Source: Bacteroidales bacterium (lineage in GTDB: Bacteria; Bacteroidota; Bacteroidia; Bacteroidales; UBA932). Taken from it: a DNA stretch of 64,000 nucleotides. The position numbers and the translations under genes are program-made. The notes below the pieces were generated by a model that saw only the letters and a list, made by a program, of their open reading frames with translations, was not told the origin of the DNA and did no database searches. This document shows, one piece after another, positions 30,402 through 41,452 of the stretch. The stretch covers positions 35,673-99,672 of the forward strand of contig JAFZFH010000134.1 in assembly GCA_017555965.1 (NCBI GenBank), written 5' to 3'. The first letter of the stretch is position 1; every line of letters begins with the position of its first letter.

Positions 30402-33400
30402 GCACAGAGTATTTCACTCGCATCTTATCGAGTTCCTCAATGAAGCCTGCTGTCACTCCGACGCGGAATTTTCTTGAAAGGAACTCGATATTCCATTTCT
30501 TCTCCGGGTCATAAAGGAACATGCTGAGAGGTACGTTACCCTTGTTCTTCTTTATGAGGGTCACCAGCTTGTCGCGGAACTCAGGGGTAAGCATGGTAGT
30601 CGTGATGTTGACAGCAAAGCCTTTTATATAGGTGTCTGTCACGTTTCCAAGAAGCATGACCTTCTTGACCTTGAAACCGTATGGCGAAGTCTTGCCCTGT
30701 GCCCTGTCTTCCGGCTTGATGTAGTATTTCTCGTCGATTTCACCTTCTATGAATATGGTATTGTTCTGTACCATATAGCTCATGAAAGACTCGTGGTCCT
30801 TGCCATAAAGTTTGAGTTCATAGCTTCCTCCGAAATCCTCGATCTGAGTTCTCGACCAAGGACGTCCGTTCTGGCTGTTGATATGCTCTGTCTTGGTGAT
30901 GAAACCTGCGACAGCAACCTTCATCTTGGTCTTCTTCATCTCGCACTCAGACACTAGAGCATTTATTTCGCTCAGCTGACAGGTCGTGAAGTTCTCAAGT
31001 TCGAACTGGTATGTATCCAAAGGGTGTGACGACAGGTACATTCCGACAAGCTCCTTCTCATACTGAAGCTTCTCCAGGATATCCTCTTCTCCTGTCATTG
31101 CAGGTATCTCCGGTCTTTCCGGCTTCATTTCCTCCACCTCTCCGAAGAGTGATACGCTGCTTTCCAGGCTGTCCTTCCTGTAGAGTTCTCCATATCTGAG
31201 GAGTGTATCCATGAATATGTCTCCATTCCTTCCCGGCAGGCTGAACTGCTTTCTGCAAAGCCCGAAACTGTCGAATGCTCCCGCATGAAGAAGGGATTCG
31301 AACGCCTTTCTGTTGACTACTCCTGACATTCTCTCAACGAAGTCATAGATATCCTCAAACAGGCCGTTTTCTTCCCTTTCTGCAAGGATGGCGCGAACGA
31401 TATTGTCTCCAAAACCTTTGATTCCTCCAAGTCCGAATCGGATTTCACCCTGCTTGTTTACGGTAAATCGTGCATCAGACTCGTTGATGTCCGGATTCAG
31501 AACCTTGATGCCGTTCTTCTTGCAGTCATCCATAATCTTCTTGATCTCATCCATATTGGAGAGATTCTTGGTAAGGTTGGCTGCCTGGAACTCTGCCGGA
31601 TAATGGGCCTTGAGCCATCCTGTCTGGTAGCTTACCCAAGCGTAGCAGGTCGCATGAGACTTGTTGAACGCATAGGCTGCGAACTTCTCCCAATCTGCCC
31701 AGATTTTTTCCAGGGTTTCCTTAGGATGTCCGTTCTTCTGTCCACCTTCGAGGAAGAGTCCCTTGAGAGAGTTAAGAAGGTCGATGATCTTCTTACCCAT
31801 GGCCTTACGGAGCGTGTCCGCCTGACCTCTTGTGAAGTCGGCAAGCTTACGGGACAGAAGCATCACCTGCTCCTGATATACGGTAATTCCATATGTATCC
31901 TGAAGGGTGCCCTCCATTTCCGGAAGGTCATATACGATAGGCTGGCGACCCTGCTTTCTTTCAACGAAATCAGGGATATAGTCCATCGGACCCGGACGGT
32001 AAAGGGCGTTCATGGCGATAAGGTCCTCGAAGCGGGTCGGCTGAAGCTTTATCAGCCACTCCTTCATTCCGGGACTTTCAAACTGGAACACACTTGTCGT
32101 GTCTCCACGGCTGTAGAGCTCGTACGTCAGCTTGTCGTCAATAGGAATCTTTTCTATGTCGAATTCGATGCCGAAACGTTTCTTGATGTTGGCCTGACAT
32201 TCCTTGATGATCGAGAGCGTTCTCAATCCGAGGAAGTCCATCTTGAGCATTCCGACCTCTTCGATATAGTGGCCGTCATACTGCGATACCCACACCTCTT
32301 CTCCTGTGAGCTTGTCGTTGGCGATGGAAATAGGGATGTACTCGGTAAGATTTCCTCTACCGATGATCATCGCACATGCATGGACACCTGTCTGGCGGAT
32401 ACAGCCTTCCAGCTTTCCTGCATACTGAAGCACTTCCTTGGTCTGTTCATTTCCGTTTTCAAGTTCAGTCTTGAGGTCTCCGTATTTGAGACAGTTGCCG
32501 AGCTTCGGCTTGAACTCCTTGGTCACCTTCTTTCCGTCTTCCTCCACAGTTGCCTCGAACGGTCTGTCAGGAACAAGTTTGGTGAGTCTGTTGGACTCAT
32601 CTATAGGCATACGGCTTACGCGTGCGACATCCTTGATGGCGGATTTTGCAGCCATTGTACCATATGTGATCACATGTGATATGTGGTCCTTTCCGTATTT
32701 TTCCTCGATATATTGGAATACGCGATAACGTCCGTCGTCATCGAAGTCGATGTCGACATCGGGCATGTTGATTCGGTCCGGGTTGAGGAATCTCTCGAAG
32801 AGGAGGTCGTATTTGATAGGGTCGATATTCGTGATCTTCAGACAGTATGCGACAGCGGAGCCCGCTGCAGAACCACGTCCCGGACCAACGGAAATGCCCT
32901 CACTTCGTGCAGCTGCAATAAAGTCCTGCACGATAAGGAAGTAGTCAGGGAAACCCATCGAACAGATGGTCTTGAGCTCGAATTCGATACGCTCTGCCTG
33001 TTCGTCGTTAAGGGAGTCTCCATATCTTTCCGCAGCACCTTTATATGTAAGGTGACAAAGGAATGCGACAGACCATGTGAACTCCACGCCTCTGTCATTA
33101 CCCTTCGGGTCGCAGCGTCCGGCGTCGATGATGTGGCTGTATTTTGCAAGATGGCTGTCGATGTCTGCCATGAACTCCTCTGGAAGGTCGAATTTCGGGA
33201 GAATCGGGTCCTTGTCGATCTTGAAGCTTTCGATCTTTTCCGCCACTTCGAGAGTGTTGCTGAGGGCTTCCGGGTGCTTGTAGAAGATGTCCATCATCTC
33301 GTCCTCACTCTTGAGATACTCCTGCTGGGTATATCTCATTCTGTTCGGATCGTCTACATAAACGTTAGTGGTAAGGCAGATGAGCCTGTCGTGTGCAGGA

Positions 33401-34074
33401 CCGTCCTCCTTTCTTGTGAAATGGACGTCATTTGTCGCAACGACCTTTGTTCCCGTCTTTGCAGCGAGCTCGAATATTCCCTCATTTGCGACAACCTGTC
33501 TTTCGTACACCTCCTGTGACTGTCCCGGGATCTCCGTCTTATGCTCCTGGACCTCAAGATAGAAGTCGTCTCCGAAGACCCTCTTGTGCCATGCGACCGC
33601 CTCTTCTGCAGCCTTCATGTCGCCTGCAATGATCGCTCTTGGCACTTCTCCTGCGATACATGCAGAACAGCAGACGAGACCTTCCGAGTATTTCTCCACA
33701 ATTTCGTGCGAAACGCGAGGTCTGTCATAGTATTTTCCCTCAATGTGACCGGTAGAAACGATCTTCATGAGGTTCTTATAGCCGTTGTAGTTCTTTGCAA
33801 GGAGAATGAGATGGTAATAACCCTTGTGATCCTTATCCTTGATCTTATGGTCATAGTGACGGGTCACATAGATCTCGCAGCCGATGATTGGCTTCACCTC
33901 CGGGTACTTCTTTGCCACCTTCAGAAACTCCTTGACGCCATACATGTTACCATGGTCTGTTATTGCAAGGGCGGGCATGCCAAGTTCCTTTGCACGATCG
34001 AAAAGGCTTCCGATCGACGCCTGGCCGTCTAGGATAGAATATTGTGTGTGAACATGAAGATGGACGAATGACAT
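30391..34074 (-). CDS. dnaE: DNA polymerase III alpha subunit
   Basis: HLHVHTQYSILDG PHP domain, GPGRGSAAGS, LLFERFLNPDR, MPDVDIDFD, KMDFLGL, YAFNKSHA; start at ATG 34074. Confidence 0.97.
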   Translation of the reverse strand: MSFVHLHVHTQYSILDGQASIGSLFDRAKELGMPALAITDHGNMYGVKEFLKVAKKYPEVKPIIGCEIYVTRHYDHKIKDKDHKGYYHLILLAKNYNGYKNLMKIVSTGHIEGKYYDRPRVSHEIVEKYSEGLVCCSACIAGEVPRAIIAGDMKAAEEAVAWHKRVFGDDFYLEVQEHKTEIPGQSQEVYERQVVANEGIFELAAKTGTKVVATNDVHFTRKEDGPAHDRLICLTTNVYVDDPNRMRYTQQEYLKSEDEMMDIFYKHPEALSNTLEVAEKIESFKIDKDPILPKFDLPEEFMADIDSHLAKYSHIIDAGRCDPKGNDRGVEFTWSVAFLCHLTYKGAAERYGDSLNDEQAERIEFELKTICSMGFPDYFLIVQDFIAAARSEGISVGPGRGSAAGSAVAYCLKITNIDPIKYDLLFERFLNPDRINMPDVDIDFDDDGRYRVFQYIEEKYGKDHISHVITYGTMAAKSAIKDVARVSRMPIDESNRLTKLVPDRPFEATVEEDGKKVTKEFKPKLGNCLKYGDLKTELENGNEQTKEVLQYAGKLEGCIRQTGVHACAMIIGRGNLTEYIPISIANDKLTGEEVWVSQYDGHYIEEVGMLKMDFLGLRTLSIIKECQANIKKRFGIEFDIEKIPIDDKLTYELYSRGDTTSVFQFESPGMKEWLIKLQPTRFEDLIAMNALYRPGPMDYIPDFVERKQGRQPIVYDLPEMEGTLQDTYGITVYQEQVMLLSRKLADFTRGQADTLRKAMGKKIIDLLNSLKGLFLEGGQKNGHPKETLEKIWADWEKFAAYAFNKSHATCYAWVSYQTGWLKAHYPAEFQAANLTKNLSNMDEIKKIMDDCKKNGIKVLNPDINESDARFTVNKQGEIRFGLGGIKGFGDNIVRAILAEREENGLFEDIYDFVERMSGVVNRKAFESLLHAGAFDSFGLCRKQFSLPGRNGDIFMDTLLRYGELYRKDSLESSVSLFGEVEEMKPERPEIPAMTGEEDILEKLQYEKELVGMYLSSHPLDTYQFELENFTTCQLSEINALVSECEMKKTKMKVAVAGFITKTEHINSQNGRPWSRTQIEDFGGSYELKLYGKDHESFMSYMVQNNTIFIEGEIDEKYYIKPEDRAQGKTSPYGFKVKKVMLLGNVTDTYIKGFAVNITTTMLTPEFRDKLVTLIKKNKGNVPLSMFLYDPEKKWNIEFLSRKFRVGVTAGFIEELDKMRVKYSVLKK

Positions 34075-34103
34075 ATGCTTCTGATTAAGGAAGACAAAGA
34101 TAC

Positions 34104-34136
34104 AAAAAACAGAGCGACCCGTCAAGGTCGCTCTGT
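34104..34136 (-). terminator. Intrinsic terminator after secDF (dnaE -7 element caaagata at 34095-34102 adjacent)
   Basis: acagagcgacc / ggtcgctctgt with an A-tract on the left. Confidence 0.8.
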
Positions 34137-34168
34137 CGTTATTGTGTCATTCTGAGGAATGAACTTTC

Positions 34169-37168
34169 TTACTTGTTTGCAGTCTTCTTCTCTGCTCTCT
34201 TAGTTACATCGAACATAACTGGTGTTGCGATGAAGATAGAAGCGTAAGTACCGATAACGATACCGAGGATAAGAGCTACTGCAAGACCTCTGATCACTTC
34301 ACCACCGAAGATTGCAATCGCAAGCATAGTCACGAGAGTAGTGAGTGAAGTATTCATTGTACGTGAGAGAGTGCTGTTGAGAGCCTCGTTCACGTTCTGA
34401 CGGAAGTCTGCCTTAGGATGCAGCGTCTTGTACTCACGGATACGGTCGAAGATAACCACTGTATCGTTGATTGCGTAACCGATGATAGTCAGGATCGCAG
34501 CGATGAATGTCTGGTCAACGTCAAGGCTGAATGGAAGGATACCTGAGAAGAGTGAGAAGAAGCCGATCACGATAAGTGCTGTGTGAGCAAGTCCTGTCAC
34601 ACCACCGAGACCCCAAGTCCAGCCCTTGAATCGTACCGCAATGTATGCGAAGATCACGAAGAGAGCGATTACCACAGCGATGATAGCGTTTCTTGTGATG
34701 TCGTTAGCGATAGTAGGACCAACCTTGTCAGAGCTGATGATACCGTTAGGGTTGTCGAGAGTTGAAGTGAACTCAGCGAAAGTAAGCTCGTCTGCGAAGA
34801 ATCCCTGGAGAGCGTTGTAGAGCTTGTTCTCTACTGTTGCATCTGCCTCTGTTGACTCATCCTCAACAAGGTACTGAGTAGTGATCTTCATCTGGCTCTC
34901 GCCACCGAACTGCTTAACCTCAACCGCTCCGTCGAACTCTGCGATTGCTGCTGCACGTATATCCTCAGCTGTAACAGCCTTGTCGAATCTTACAACGTAT
35001 GTACGTCCACCTGTGAAGTCAACACCATATGTGAAACCCTTAGTGAAGATAGATACGAGTGAGATGAGGATGAGAGCTCCTGAAACAAAGTAAGCGATCT
35101 TCTTCTTGCCGATGAAGTCAACCTTAGTGTTCTGGAGGAAGTTTCTTGTGAGGTTGTTGTCGAATGAGATGTTCTTACCCTTAGACACTCTGTCGTCGAA
35201 GATGATTCTTGTGATGAATACTGAAGTGAGGACAGAAGTGATGATACCGATGATAAGGGTTGTTGCGAAGCCCTGTACCGGACCTGATCCGAAGAGGAAG
35301 AGAACAACACCGGTAAGGAATGTAGTAAGCTGACCGTCGATGATTGCCGAGTAAGCGTTTGAGTAACCGTCGGCGATTGCCTTGCTGAGACCCTTACCTG
35401 CACGGAGTTCCTCCTTCACGCGCTCGTAGATGATCACGTTCGCATCCACTGCCATACCGAGTGTCAATACGAGACCGGCGATACCAGGGAGAGTAAGAAC
35501 TGCACCGAATGAAACGAGTGTACCGAAGAGGAGAACAACGTTAGCGATGAGAGCAACGTCAGCAACGAGACCTGCACCCTGGTAGAAGAATACCATATAA
35601 AGGAGTACAAGTACGAATGCGATGATGAACGAGATGAGACCTGCATTGATTGACTCTGCACCGAGTGATGGTCCTACAACCTGCTCCTGGATGATTGTTG
35701 CAGGTGCAGGGAGCTTACCTGACTTAAGTACGTTTGAAAGGTCCTCAGCCTCTTCGAGGGTGAAGTTACCGGAAATCTCTGAGCTACCGCCAGTGATCTC
35801 ACCGTTTACTGTAGGGTATGAGTAAACCATACCGTCGAGAACGATTGCGATCTGCTTGCCGATATTCTCCTTAGTCATACGTGCCCATACGTTTGCACCC
35901 TCTGCGTTCATAGACATAGAAACTGAAGGGTTTCCGCCTGTGTTGCTGTATGATACGCGTGCGTCAGTAACTGAACCTCCGTCGAGAGGTGCCTTGCCGT
36001 CACGTGAAGTAGCCTTGATGGCAACGAGCTCGAAGATGTTCTCGTTAGGGTCCATAGCAGAAGCCTTCACAGTCCACATTGGCTTGAACTCAGGTGGGAA
36101 GAGCTGCTTGATCTGAGGCATAGCGAGGTACTTGTTCACAAGTGCAGTATCTGCATAGTGAGCATAACCGATGCATGCATATCCTCTGGCGCCAGATGGC
36201 TGGAGAGCGTAGAAAAGCGGATTCTGCTTTCTGTAAGCGTTCTCAGCAGCGGCGTCGTTTTCCTTGAGCTCCTGTGCGAGAAGATCGTCTTCCTCTGCTG
36301 TCTCTACAGCATCCTCCTCTGTAATAGCGAGAACCTGTGCGAGAGTTGCGTTTGCCTCAGCGAGGTAAGCCTCGATCTCTGCGTTGTCATAAGTTGCCCA
36401 GAACTCGAGTGATGCTGTACCCTGGAGGAGCTTTCTTACACGCTCTGGCTCCTTTACGCCTGGAAGCTCAACAAGGATACGTCCGCTGTTTCCGAGCTTC
36501 TGGATGTTTGGCTGAGTCACACCGAAACGGTCGATACGGTTTCTGAGTACGTTGAATGAGTTAGAGATTGCGCTCTCGGACTCACTTCTGATAACTGCGA
36601 TAACCTCAGCGTCTGTTGACTCTGGTCCGATCTTGTCTCTCATCTCGTAAGTACCGAAGATCTGAGCAAGCGGAGTACCGTTTGAAGTCTCTTCCCAAGC
36701 CTCAGCGAAGAGGGTGATGAAGTCCTGGCGAGAGTTTACGCTGCGCTCCTGAGCGAGTGCGAGAGCCTGTGTGAACTCTGGAGACTCGTTGCCGCCTGCA
36801 AGAGCCTTCACGAGGTCCTTGAGCTGCACCTGGAGCATTACGTTCATACCTCCCTTAAGGTCGAGACCAAGGTTGATAGACTTAGCCTTTACGTCCTTGT
36901 AAGTGTATCCGAAATAGATCTTCTCTGATGAGATAGAATCGATGTACCTTCTGTTCTCGTCCTTCTTGATTGAGTCGAGGTAGAAGGCTCTGTCGGCTTC
37001 AGCAACCTTGCCGAAAGCGACTGTCTGCATTGCAGCTTCTGCCTTTGCCTCAGCATACTTCTCTGCTTTCTTCTCCTGTCGGTTGGTTACAAGAGTGAAG
37101 GAAAGCTGCCAGAGAGATGCGAGCATAAGGAGTATCGCTACAAATCTGATTGCACCTTTACTTTGCAT
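34169..37168 (-). CDS. secDF: Fused protein translocase subunit SecDF
   Basis: LGLDLKGG, RNRIDRFGV, VGPSLG, GMAVDANV, GVDFTGG, GYAINDTVVIFDRIRE. Confidence 0.97.
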   Translation of the reverse strand: MQSKGAIRFVAILLMLASLWQLSFTLVTNRQEKKAEKYAEAKAEAAMQTVAFGKVAEADRAFYLDSIKKDENRRYIDSISSEKIYFGYTYKDVKAKSINLGLDLKGGMNVMLQVQLKDLVKALAGGNESPEFTQALALAQERSVNSRQDFITLFAEAWEETSNGTPLAQIFGTYEMRDKIGPESTDAEVIAVIRSESESAISNSFNVLRNRIDRFGVTQPNIQKLGNSGRILVELPGVKEPERVRKLLQGTASLEFWATYDNAEIEAYLAEANATLAQVLAITEEDAVETAEEDDLLAQELKENDAAAENAYRKQNPLFYALQPSGARGYACIGYAHYADTALVNKYLAMPQIKQLFPPEFKPMWTVKASAMDPNENIFELVAIKATSRDGKAPLDGGSVTDARVSYSNTGGNPSVSMSMNAEGANVWARMTKENIGKQIAIVLDGMVYSYPTVNGEITGGSSEISGNFTLEEAEDLSNVLKSGKLPAPATIIQEQVVGPSLGAESINAGLISFIIAFVLVLLYMVFFYQGAGLVADVALIANVVLLFGTLVSFGAVLTLPGIAGLVLTLGMAVDANVIIYERVKEELRAGKGLSKAIADGYSNAYSAIIDGQLTTFLTGVVLFLFGSGPVQGFATTLIIGIITSVLTSVFITRIIFDDRVSKGKNISFDNNLTRNFLQNTKVDFIGKKKIAYFVSGALILISLVSIFTKGFTYGVDFTGGRTYVVRFDKAVTAEDIRAAAIAEFDGAVEVKQFGGESQMKITTQYLVEDESTEADATVENKLYNALQGFFADELTFAEFTSTLDNPNGIISSDKVGPTIANDITRNAIIAVVIALFVIFAYIAVRFKGWTWGLGGVTGLAHTALIVIGFFSLFSGILPFSLDVDQTFIAAILTIIGYAINDTVVIFDRIREYKTLHPKADFRQNVNEALNSTLSRTMNTSLTTLVTMLAIAIFGGEVIRGLAVALILGIVIGTYASIFIATPVMFDVTKRAEKKTANK

Positions 37169-37334
37169 AATAAACTATTGTTTTAATGATATTTATTGTC
37201 TTTTTCTGCGGTCTTGGATGCGATTTTGCATACCGATTGCAAAATAGGGCACAAATTTACGACTTTTTTCTTATAAATGAAGAATCAACACCTTTTTATC
37301 ATCTTTTTATGCAATTATTTCATACTTTTGTAGG

Positions 37335-39188
37335 ATGAAAATGAAATACCCTTGTTACATATTTGTTTTTCTGATATTGCTGATGTGTCCGGTGCATGTG
37401 CATGCACAGAGTGCTGAGGCTTTGGAGGAAATGCGTCGTGGAGATAGCTTGCGTGAGAAATATATGTTTGATGACGCATCCATAGCTTATGTCTCCGCTT
37501 CTGAAATGCTTGTGGATTCTCTGATGACTGCAGATGATTCGCTTCTTGCCCTTGATATCAGCGACAGACTCCTTATGGCAGAAAACGGTCTGAGCATGAT
37601 GGACTTCGTATATGTTCCGGATGTTGTGGCAAGGCACAGGTTCGCTATTGAAGATTTCTTTCTGTACTATCCTCTTGCAGACAGTTCTTGGAGAATGGTT
37701 CCATGTCAGCTGGACAGTGCAGGACATGCTTATTCGAAAGCAGTCTATTTGCCTGAAGGAAATGATGTAATATATTGGTCTGCAACAGATAAGGATGGTA
37801 TCAGAAATATCCTTCATTCGGAATGGCAGGATACGGTCTGGTCCGCTCCGGCCTTGCTTAACGAGCATATGACTTCTGCTTCGGATGAGATCTATCCGAT
37901 GCTGTCTCCTGACGGATCAAAAATGTATTTTTCTTCAGTCGGTCTGTACGGTGTAGGCGGTTATGATATCTATGTATCAGAGCGCGACTCTGATACAGGT
38001 GACTGGTCAATGCCTGTCAATATGGGTTTTCCATATTCTTCTCCGGCGGATGACTTTCTCTTTATGAATACTCCTGATGGAGAATATTCTTTATTCGCAT
38101 CAAACCGAGACTGCAGCAATGATAGTGTATGGGTGTATGTCATCAAATATGACGATATGCCGGTAAGGCGTGCGGTCAATGATTCTGAAGAGTTGAGGTC
38201 AATCGCTTCCCTCGATCCTGATTCGATGTCTTCAGAGGATAGGGACACTGATGTGAAGGCGGATATTCCTGAGAACTTTGACACACGCAGATATATGGAG
38301 AAGATGTCCGAAGTAAGGGCATTGCGTGATTCGATCGACCGTCTTGGCCTGGCAGTTGAGGATGCGCGTATAGCAAATGACGAAGATGCTGTTCTTGACG
38401 GTGAATTTGCAATCACTGCACTTCGTGACTCGCTTGCCTTGGCTTCAAAGATACTTCAGGACATAGAGATGGAGTTCCTTTTCAGCGGAGTTGTGATCGA
38501 TCCGGATAAGCTTATGGCAGAGGCAGACAGAGAGATAACAGGTCAGAATGTCGATTATGTGTTTACAAGAAAGGCATTCGGAGAACCATTGTTCCTCAAT
38601 ATGCTTGAGCCGGAGCCGGAGTTCGATTACTCTTTCAAGATTCTTGAGCAGGGACAGTTTGCTGAGGACAATACTCTGCCTTCCGGTCTGGTATATCAGA
38701 TACAGATGTATTCATCTGCAATACAGGCGACCGTTTCAAAACTGAATGGTCTGAGTCCTGTGTTTGAAACTAAATCTTCCGGCGGAAGATATACATACAG
38801 GGTAGGTCTTTTCAGGACATATGCTGACGTGCTGGCTAATCTGAATTCTGTCAAGAGAGCCGGTTTCAGAAATGCATTCATCGTTGCTTTCAATGATGGA
38901 AAAGAGTTGACTGTAGCCAAGGCACGAGCGCTGGAAGCGGAAAAGAAAAAATCTGCTTTTTACGAAGTAAGGATAGAGACAGGAACCGAAGATCTTGATG
39001 CTGCAGTTGCCGGTGGTGTGCGCCAGCAGGCTCCGGGAAAGGATATCGCCAGAGTGGAAAAGGAAGACGGTACGAAAGTATATATAGTCGGACCTTTTGC
39101 TGATAAGGAAACGGCAGAAAACCTCGCAGGCTTCATAAGGGCAATGGGAACAGCCGGTGCTTCCTGCGTGGAGATTCCAAAGGAATAA
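37335..39188 (+). CDS. Exported PD40-repeat protein with C-terminal SPOR-like domain(s)
   Basis: Signal peptide, PMLSPDGSKMYFSS..GVGGYDIY, NMGFPYSSPADD, YRVGLF...GFRNAFIVAF. Confidence 0.7.
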   Translation: MKMKYPCYIFVFLILLMCPVHVHAQSAEALEEMRRGDSLREKYMFDDASIAYVSASEMLVDSLMTADDSLLALDISDRLLMAENGLSMMDFVYVPDVVARHRFAIEDFFLYYPLADSSWRMVPCQLDSAGHAYSKAVYLPEGNDVIYWSATDKDGIRNILHSEWQDTVWSAPALLNEHMTSASDEIYPMLSPDGSKMYFSSVGLYGVGGYDIYVSERDSDTGDWSMPVNMGFPYSSPADDFLFMNTPDGEYSLFASNRDCSNDSVWVYVIKYDDMPVRRAVNDSEELRSIASLDPDSMSSEDRDTDVKADIPENFDTRRYMEKMSEVRALRDSIDRLGLAVEDARIANDEDAVLDGEFAITALRDSLALASKILQDIEMEFLFSGVVIDPDKLMAEADREITGQNVDYVFTRKAFGEPLFLNMLEPEPEFDYSFKILEQGQFAEDNTLPSGLVYQIQMYSSAIQATVSKLNGLSPVFETKSSGGRYTYRVGLFRTYADVLANLNSVKRAGFRNAFIVAFNDGKELTVAKARALEAEKKKSAFYEVRIETGTEDLDAAVAGGVRQQAPGKDIARVEKEDGTKVYIVGPFADKETAENLAGFIRAMGTAGASCVEIPKE

Positions 39189-39202
39189 ATATATGATGAG
39201 AT

Positions 39203-39248
39203 AAAAAACATCGGCCTTGGTCATGTGAGCCAAGGCCGATGTTTTTTT
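39203..39248. terminator. Bidirectional terminator between convergent genes
   Basis: aaaaaacatcggccttgg / ccaaggccgatgtttttt. Confidence 0.9.
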
Positions 39249-39258
39249 GTCGTGACTC

Positions 39259-41346
39259 TTAGAGTCTGCTGAGGTCGTATTCCGGAAGCGCTTCAGGATC
39301 AGGAGTCTCGTAGTTCGAGATGCCGAGTCTGAATCTGCGGAGCTCTTCGAATGTGTGCTGAGGCTCGCTGCAGTCCTCAGGGAATGGAAGGTTTGAGAAT
39401 GTCTGGAAGTAGAGCATTGTAGCATCTCTCCACCAGAGCGCATCCTTTGCCTGACGCACAACCTTCACATTTACTTCATTCCAACGCTCCTCGTCGACAT
39501 AGTCGCGGACAGATGCCCATGTGTCGATGTATCCTGCTGCTGCATCGATACCCTGCTGGAATGTGTGGCAGAGTGTGTCCCAAAGGGTTTCTCCGCTCTT
39601 CATCTTGTAATCCCAAGGAAGGTGGTGGAACCAGAGGATGAGCTCCTCAGGACATGTTTCCACATTATCATAGATAGAAGCGAGAGGCTCGTTGTACTGG
39701 CCGGTGTTGCCGCTTCCCTTCATAGTGCGGTCAAAGCCGACTCCGTCAACGCCCGCCTTATGGTAATACATAGGCGACCAGTCCGGACGGATGCTGCCTT
39801 CCCATGGACCAGGTCCATAATGGCCGGCTCCTGCAAATGTGTGATGGAGTCCGAGAGGCATTTCATAACGGACAGTGTTCTCGCGGGATTCCATCATGAG
39901 GTCCTTGATAGGATTCACGAAATCAGCATCGTCGGTGAATGTCTGTCTGATCCACTCGTCCGCAATTTCTTCTGAAGAGAGATCAGGATTCCATGCCATA
40001 CGTCCGTAAGCATACCAGTTTGCCTGTGCAAAATGGTGGCCGCACCAGTTTGTGCTGTCTCCGATATTTGTCACACCTGCGATTGCGTTGATAGGGCGGT
40101 TGTGGAGCTGGCCGTCAGTGATTTTGCGTACTGTAGAGCCTTCGCCCTTCTGATATGTGTCGGAGTCAAGACATTCCTTCCACATAGGATGGAGGTATAC
40201 AAGGTGGTTCGAGTGACCGAGATATTCCTGAGTGATCTGCATCTCAGCCATTACAGTTGTATTCTCGAGCTGGCCGAAAAGCGGGCTGAACGGCTCGCGA
40301 GGCTGGAAGTCGATAGGACCGTTCTTGATCTGGATGATGACGTTGTCGTCGAACTTGCCGTCAAACGGCACGAATTCGAGGCTTGCCTGCATTGCGCGGT
40401 CAGGTGCCTGTGCGTCATATACGAATGCGCGCCACATGACGATGCCGCCGAACGGCTTCACTGCCTTTGCGAGCATGTTTGCTCCGTCTGCGTGTGTGCG
40501 TCCGTAGTCCTGAGGACCTGACTGGCCTTCTGAATTTGCCTTTACGAGGAAACCTCCGAAGTCAGGAATGATCGAATAGATTTCTGCAGCCTTGTCGTTC
40601 CACCACTTTACAACGTCCTTGTCAAGAGGGTCAGATGTCTTGAGACCTCCGATGCGCTTTGGAGAAGCGAAGTTGATCGAGAGGAATACCTTGAGTCCAT
40701 AAGGACGGAAGATGTCTGCGAGAACCTTCACCTTTTCAAGATACTCAGGAGTCAGCATTATCGGGTCAGCATTCACGTTGTTGAGTACGGTGCTGTTGAT
40801 TCCGAGAGATGCGTTTGCTCGTGCATATTCCTCGTATACAGGGAGGATAGTGCCAGGAAGGCTTTCCCATTTCCAGAGAGACTGTCCTGCATATCCGCGC
40901 TCGACTGTGAGGTCGGGATTGTCCCAATGGTTAAGGACGCGGTACTGGAATGCGGGAACTTCTGTGATGGTGCCGGTCTTTACGAGCTTGCCGGTCTCCT
41001 GTCTGCGGAGAAGGTCATATACTCCGTAAAGTACGCCGGTTTCTGTGTTAGATTCTACTGAGATTCCGTTCTTGTCGAATACAAGTCTGTAGCCTTCGTT
41101 TCCAAGAGTTTCATCCTTTGCTTCTAGGACATTGAATGCAACGTCCTGGCCGCCTTTCCAGTATTCCTGGATTTCGTTTGCTGCGATTGCCATGGTCGTC
41201 TTCTCCGGCGAAAGGTTCATGCCGTCGTTATCCATAGAATAGAACCAAAGCTGATGGCCGTCTGTGCTTTCCGGTTTTACCGGTCCATTACATGCTGCCA
41301 ACAATGCCAGTACGGAAGTCAAAAATAAAATTCTGAAGATTTTCAT
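39259..41346 (-). CDS. Alpha-glucuronidase, GH67 (lipoprotein)
   Basis: RVLNHWDN, ERGYAG, LNNVNA, KANSEGQ, WRAFVY, QIKNGPIDFQPREP, EMQITQEYLG; lipobox LAAC. Confidence 0.93.
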   Translation of the reverse strand: MKIFRILFLTSVLALLAACNGPVKPESTDGHQLWFYSMDNDGMNLSPEKTTMAIAANEIQEYWKGGQDVAFNVLEAKDETLGNEGYRLVFDKNGISVESNTETGVLYGVYDLLRRQETGKLVKTGTITEVPAFQYRVLNHWDNPDLTVERGYAGQSLWKWESLPGTILPVYEEYARANASLGINSTVLNNVNADPIMLTPEYLEKVKVLADIFRPYGLKVFLSINFASPKRIGGLKTSDPLDKDVVKWWNDKAAEIYSIIPDFGGFLVKANSEGQSGPQDYGRTHADGANMLAKAVKPFGGIVMWRAFVYDAQAPDRAMQASLEFVPFDGKFDDNVIIQIKNGPIDFQPREPFSPLFGQLENTTVMAEMQITQEYLGHSNHLVYLHPMWKECLDSDTYQKGEGSTVRKITDGQLHNRPINAIAGVTNIGDSTNWCGHHFAQANWYAYGRMAWNPDLSSEEIADEWIRQTFTDDADFVNPIKDLMMESRENTVRYEMPLGLHHTFAGAGHYGPGPWEGSIRPDWSPMYYHKAGVDGVGFDRTMKGSGNTGQYNEPLASIYDNVETCPEELILWFHHLPWDYKMKSGETLWDTLCHTFQQGIDAAAGYIDTWASVRDYVDEERWNEVNVKVVRQAKDALWWRDATMLYFQTFSNLPFPEDCSEPQHTFEELRRFRLGISNYETPDPEALPEYDLSRL

Positions 41347-41452
41347 GATCAATTATGTGTGTGTTAACTTTTTACAAAAGTAGTAATATATTTCCATTTA
41401 TGACGGTAAAAACTTATCTTTGTTGTTCGGGTATATTTAATGTGATATAGTC

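Noticed and set aside
33060-33190. Insertion in DnaE between the PHP and palm domains, possible intein
   Set aside because: Only about 35 aa with no intein splice motifs; this linker is variable in Bacteroidetes.
31603-34032. Long plus-strand ORFs (358, 278, 163 aa) antisense to dnaE
   Set aside because: Shadow ORFs of a codon-biased gene with no recognisable motifs; the same applies to antisense ORFs over mfd, clpB and the large OMP.
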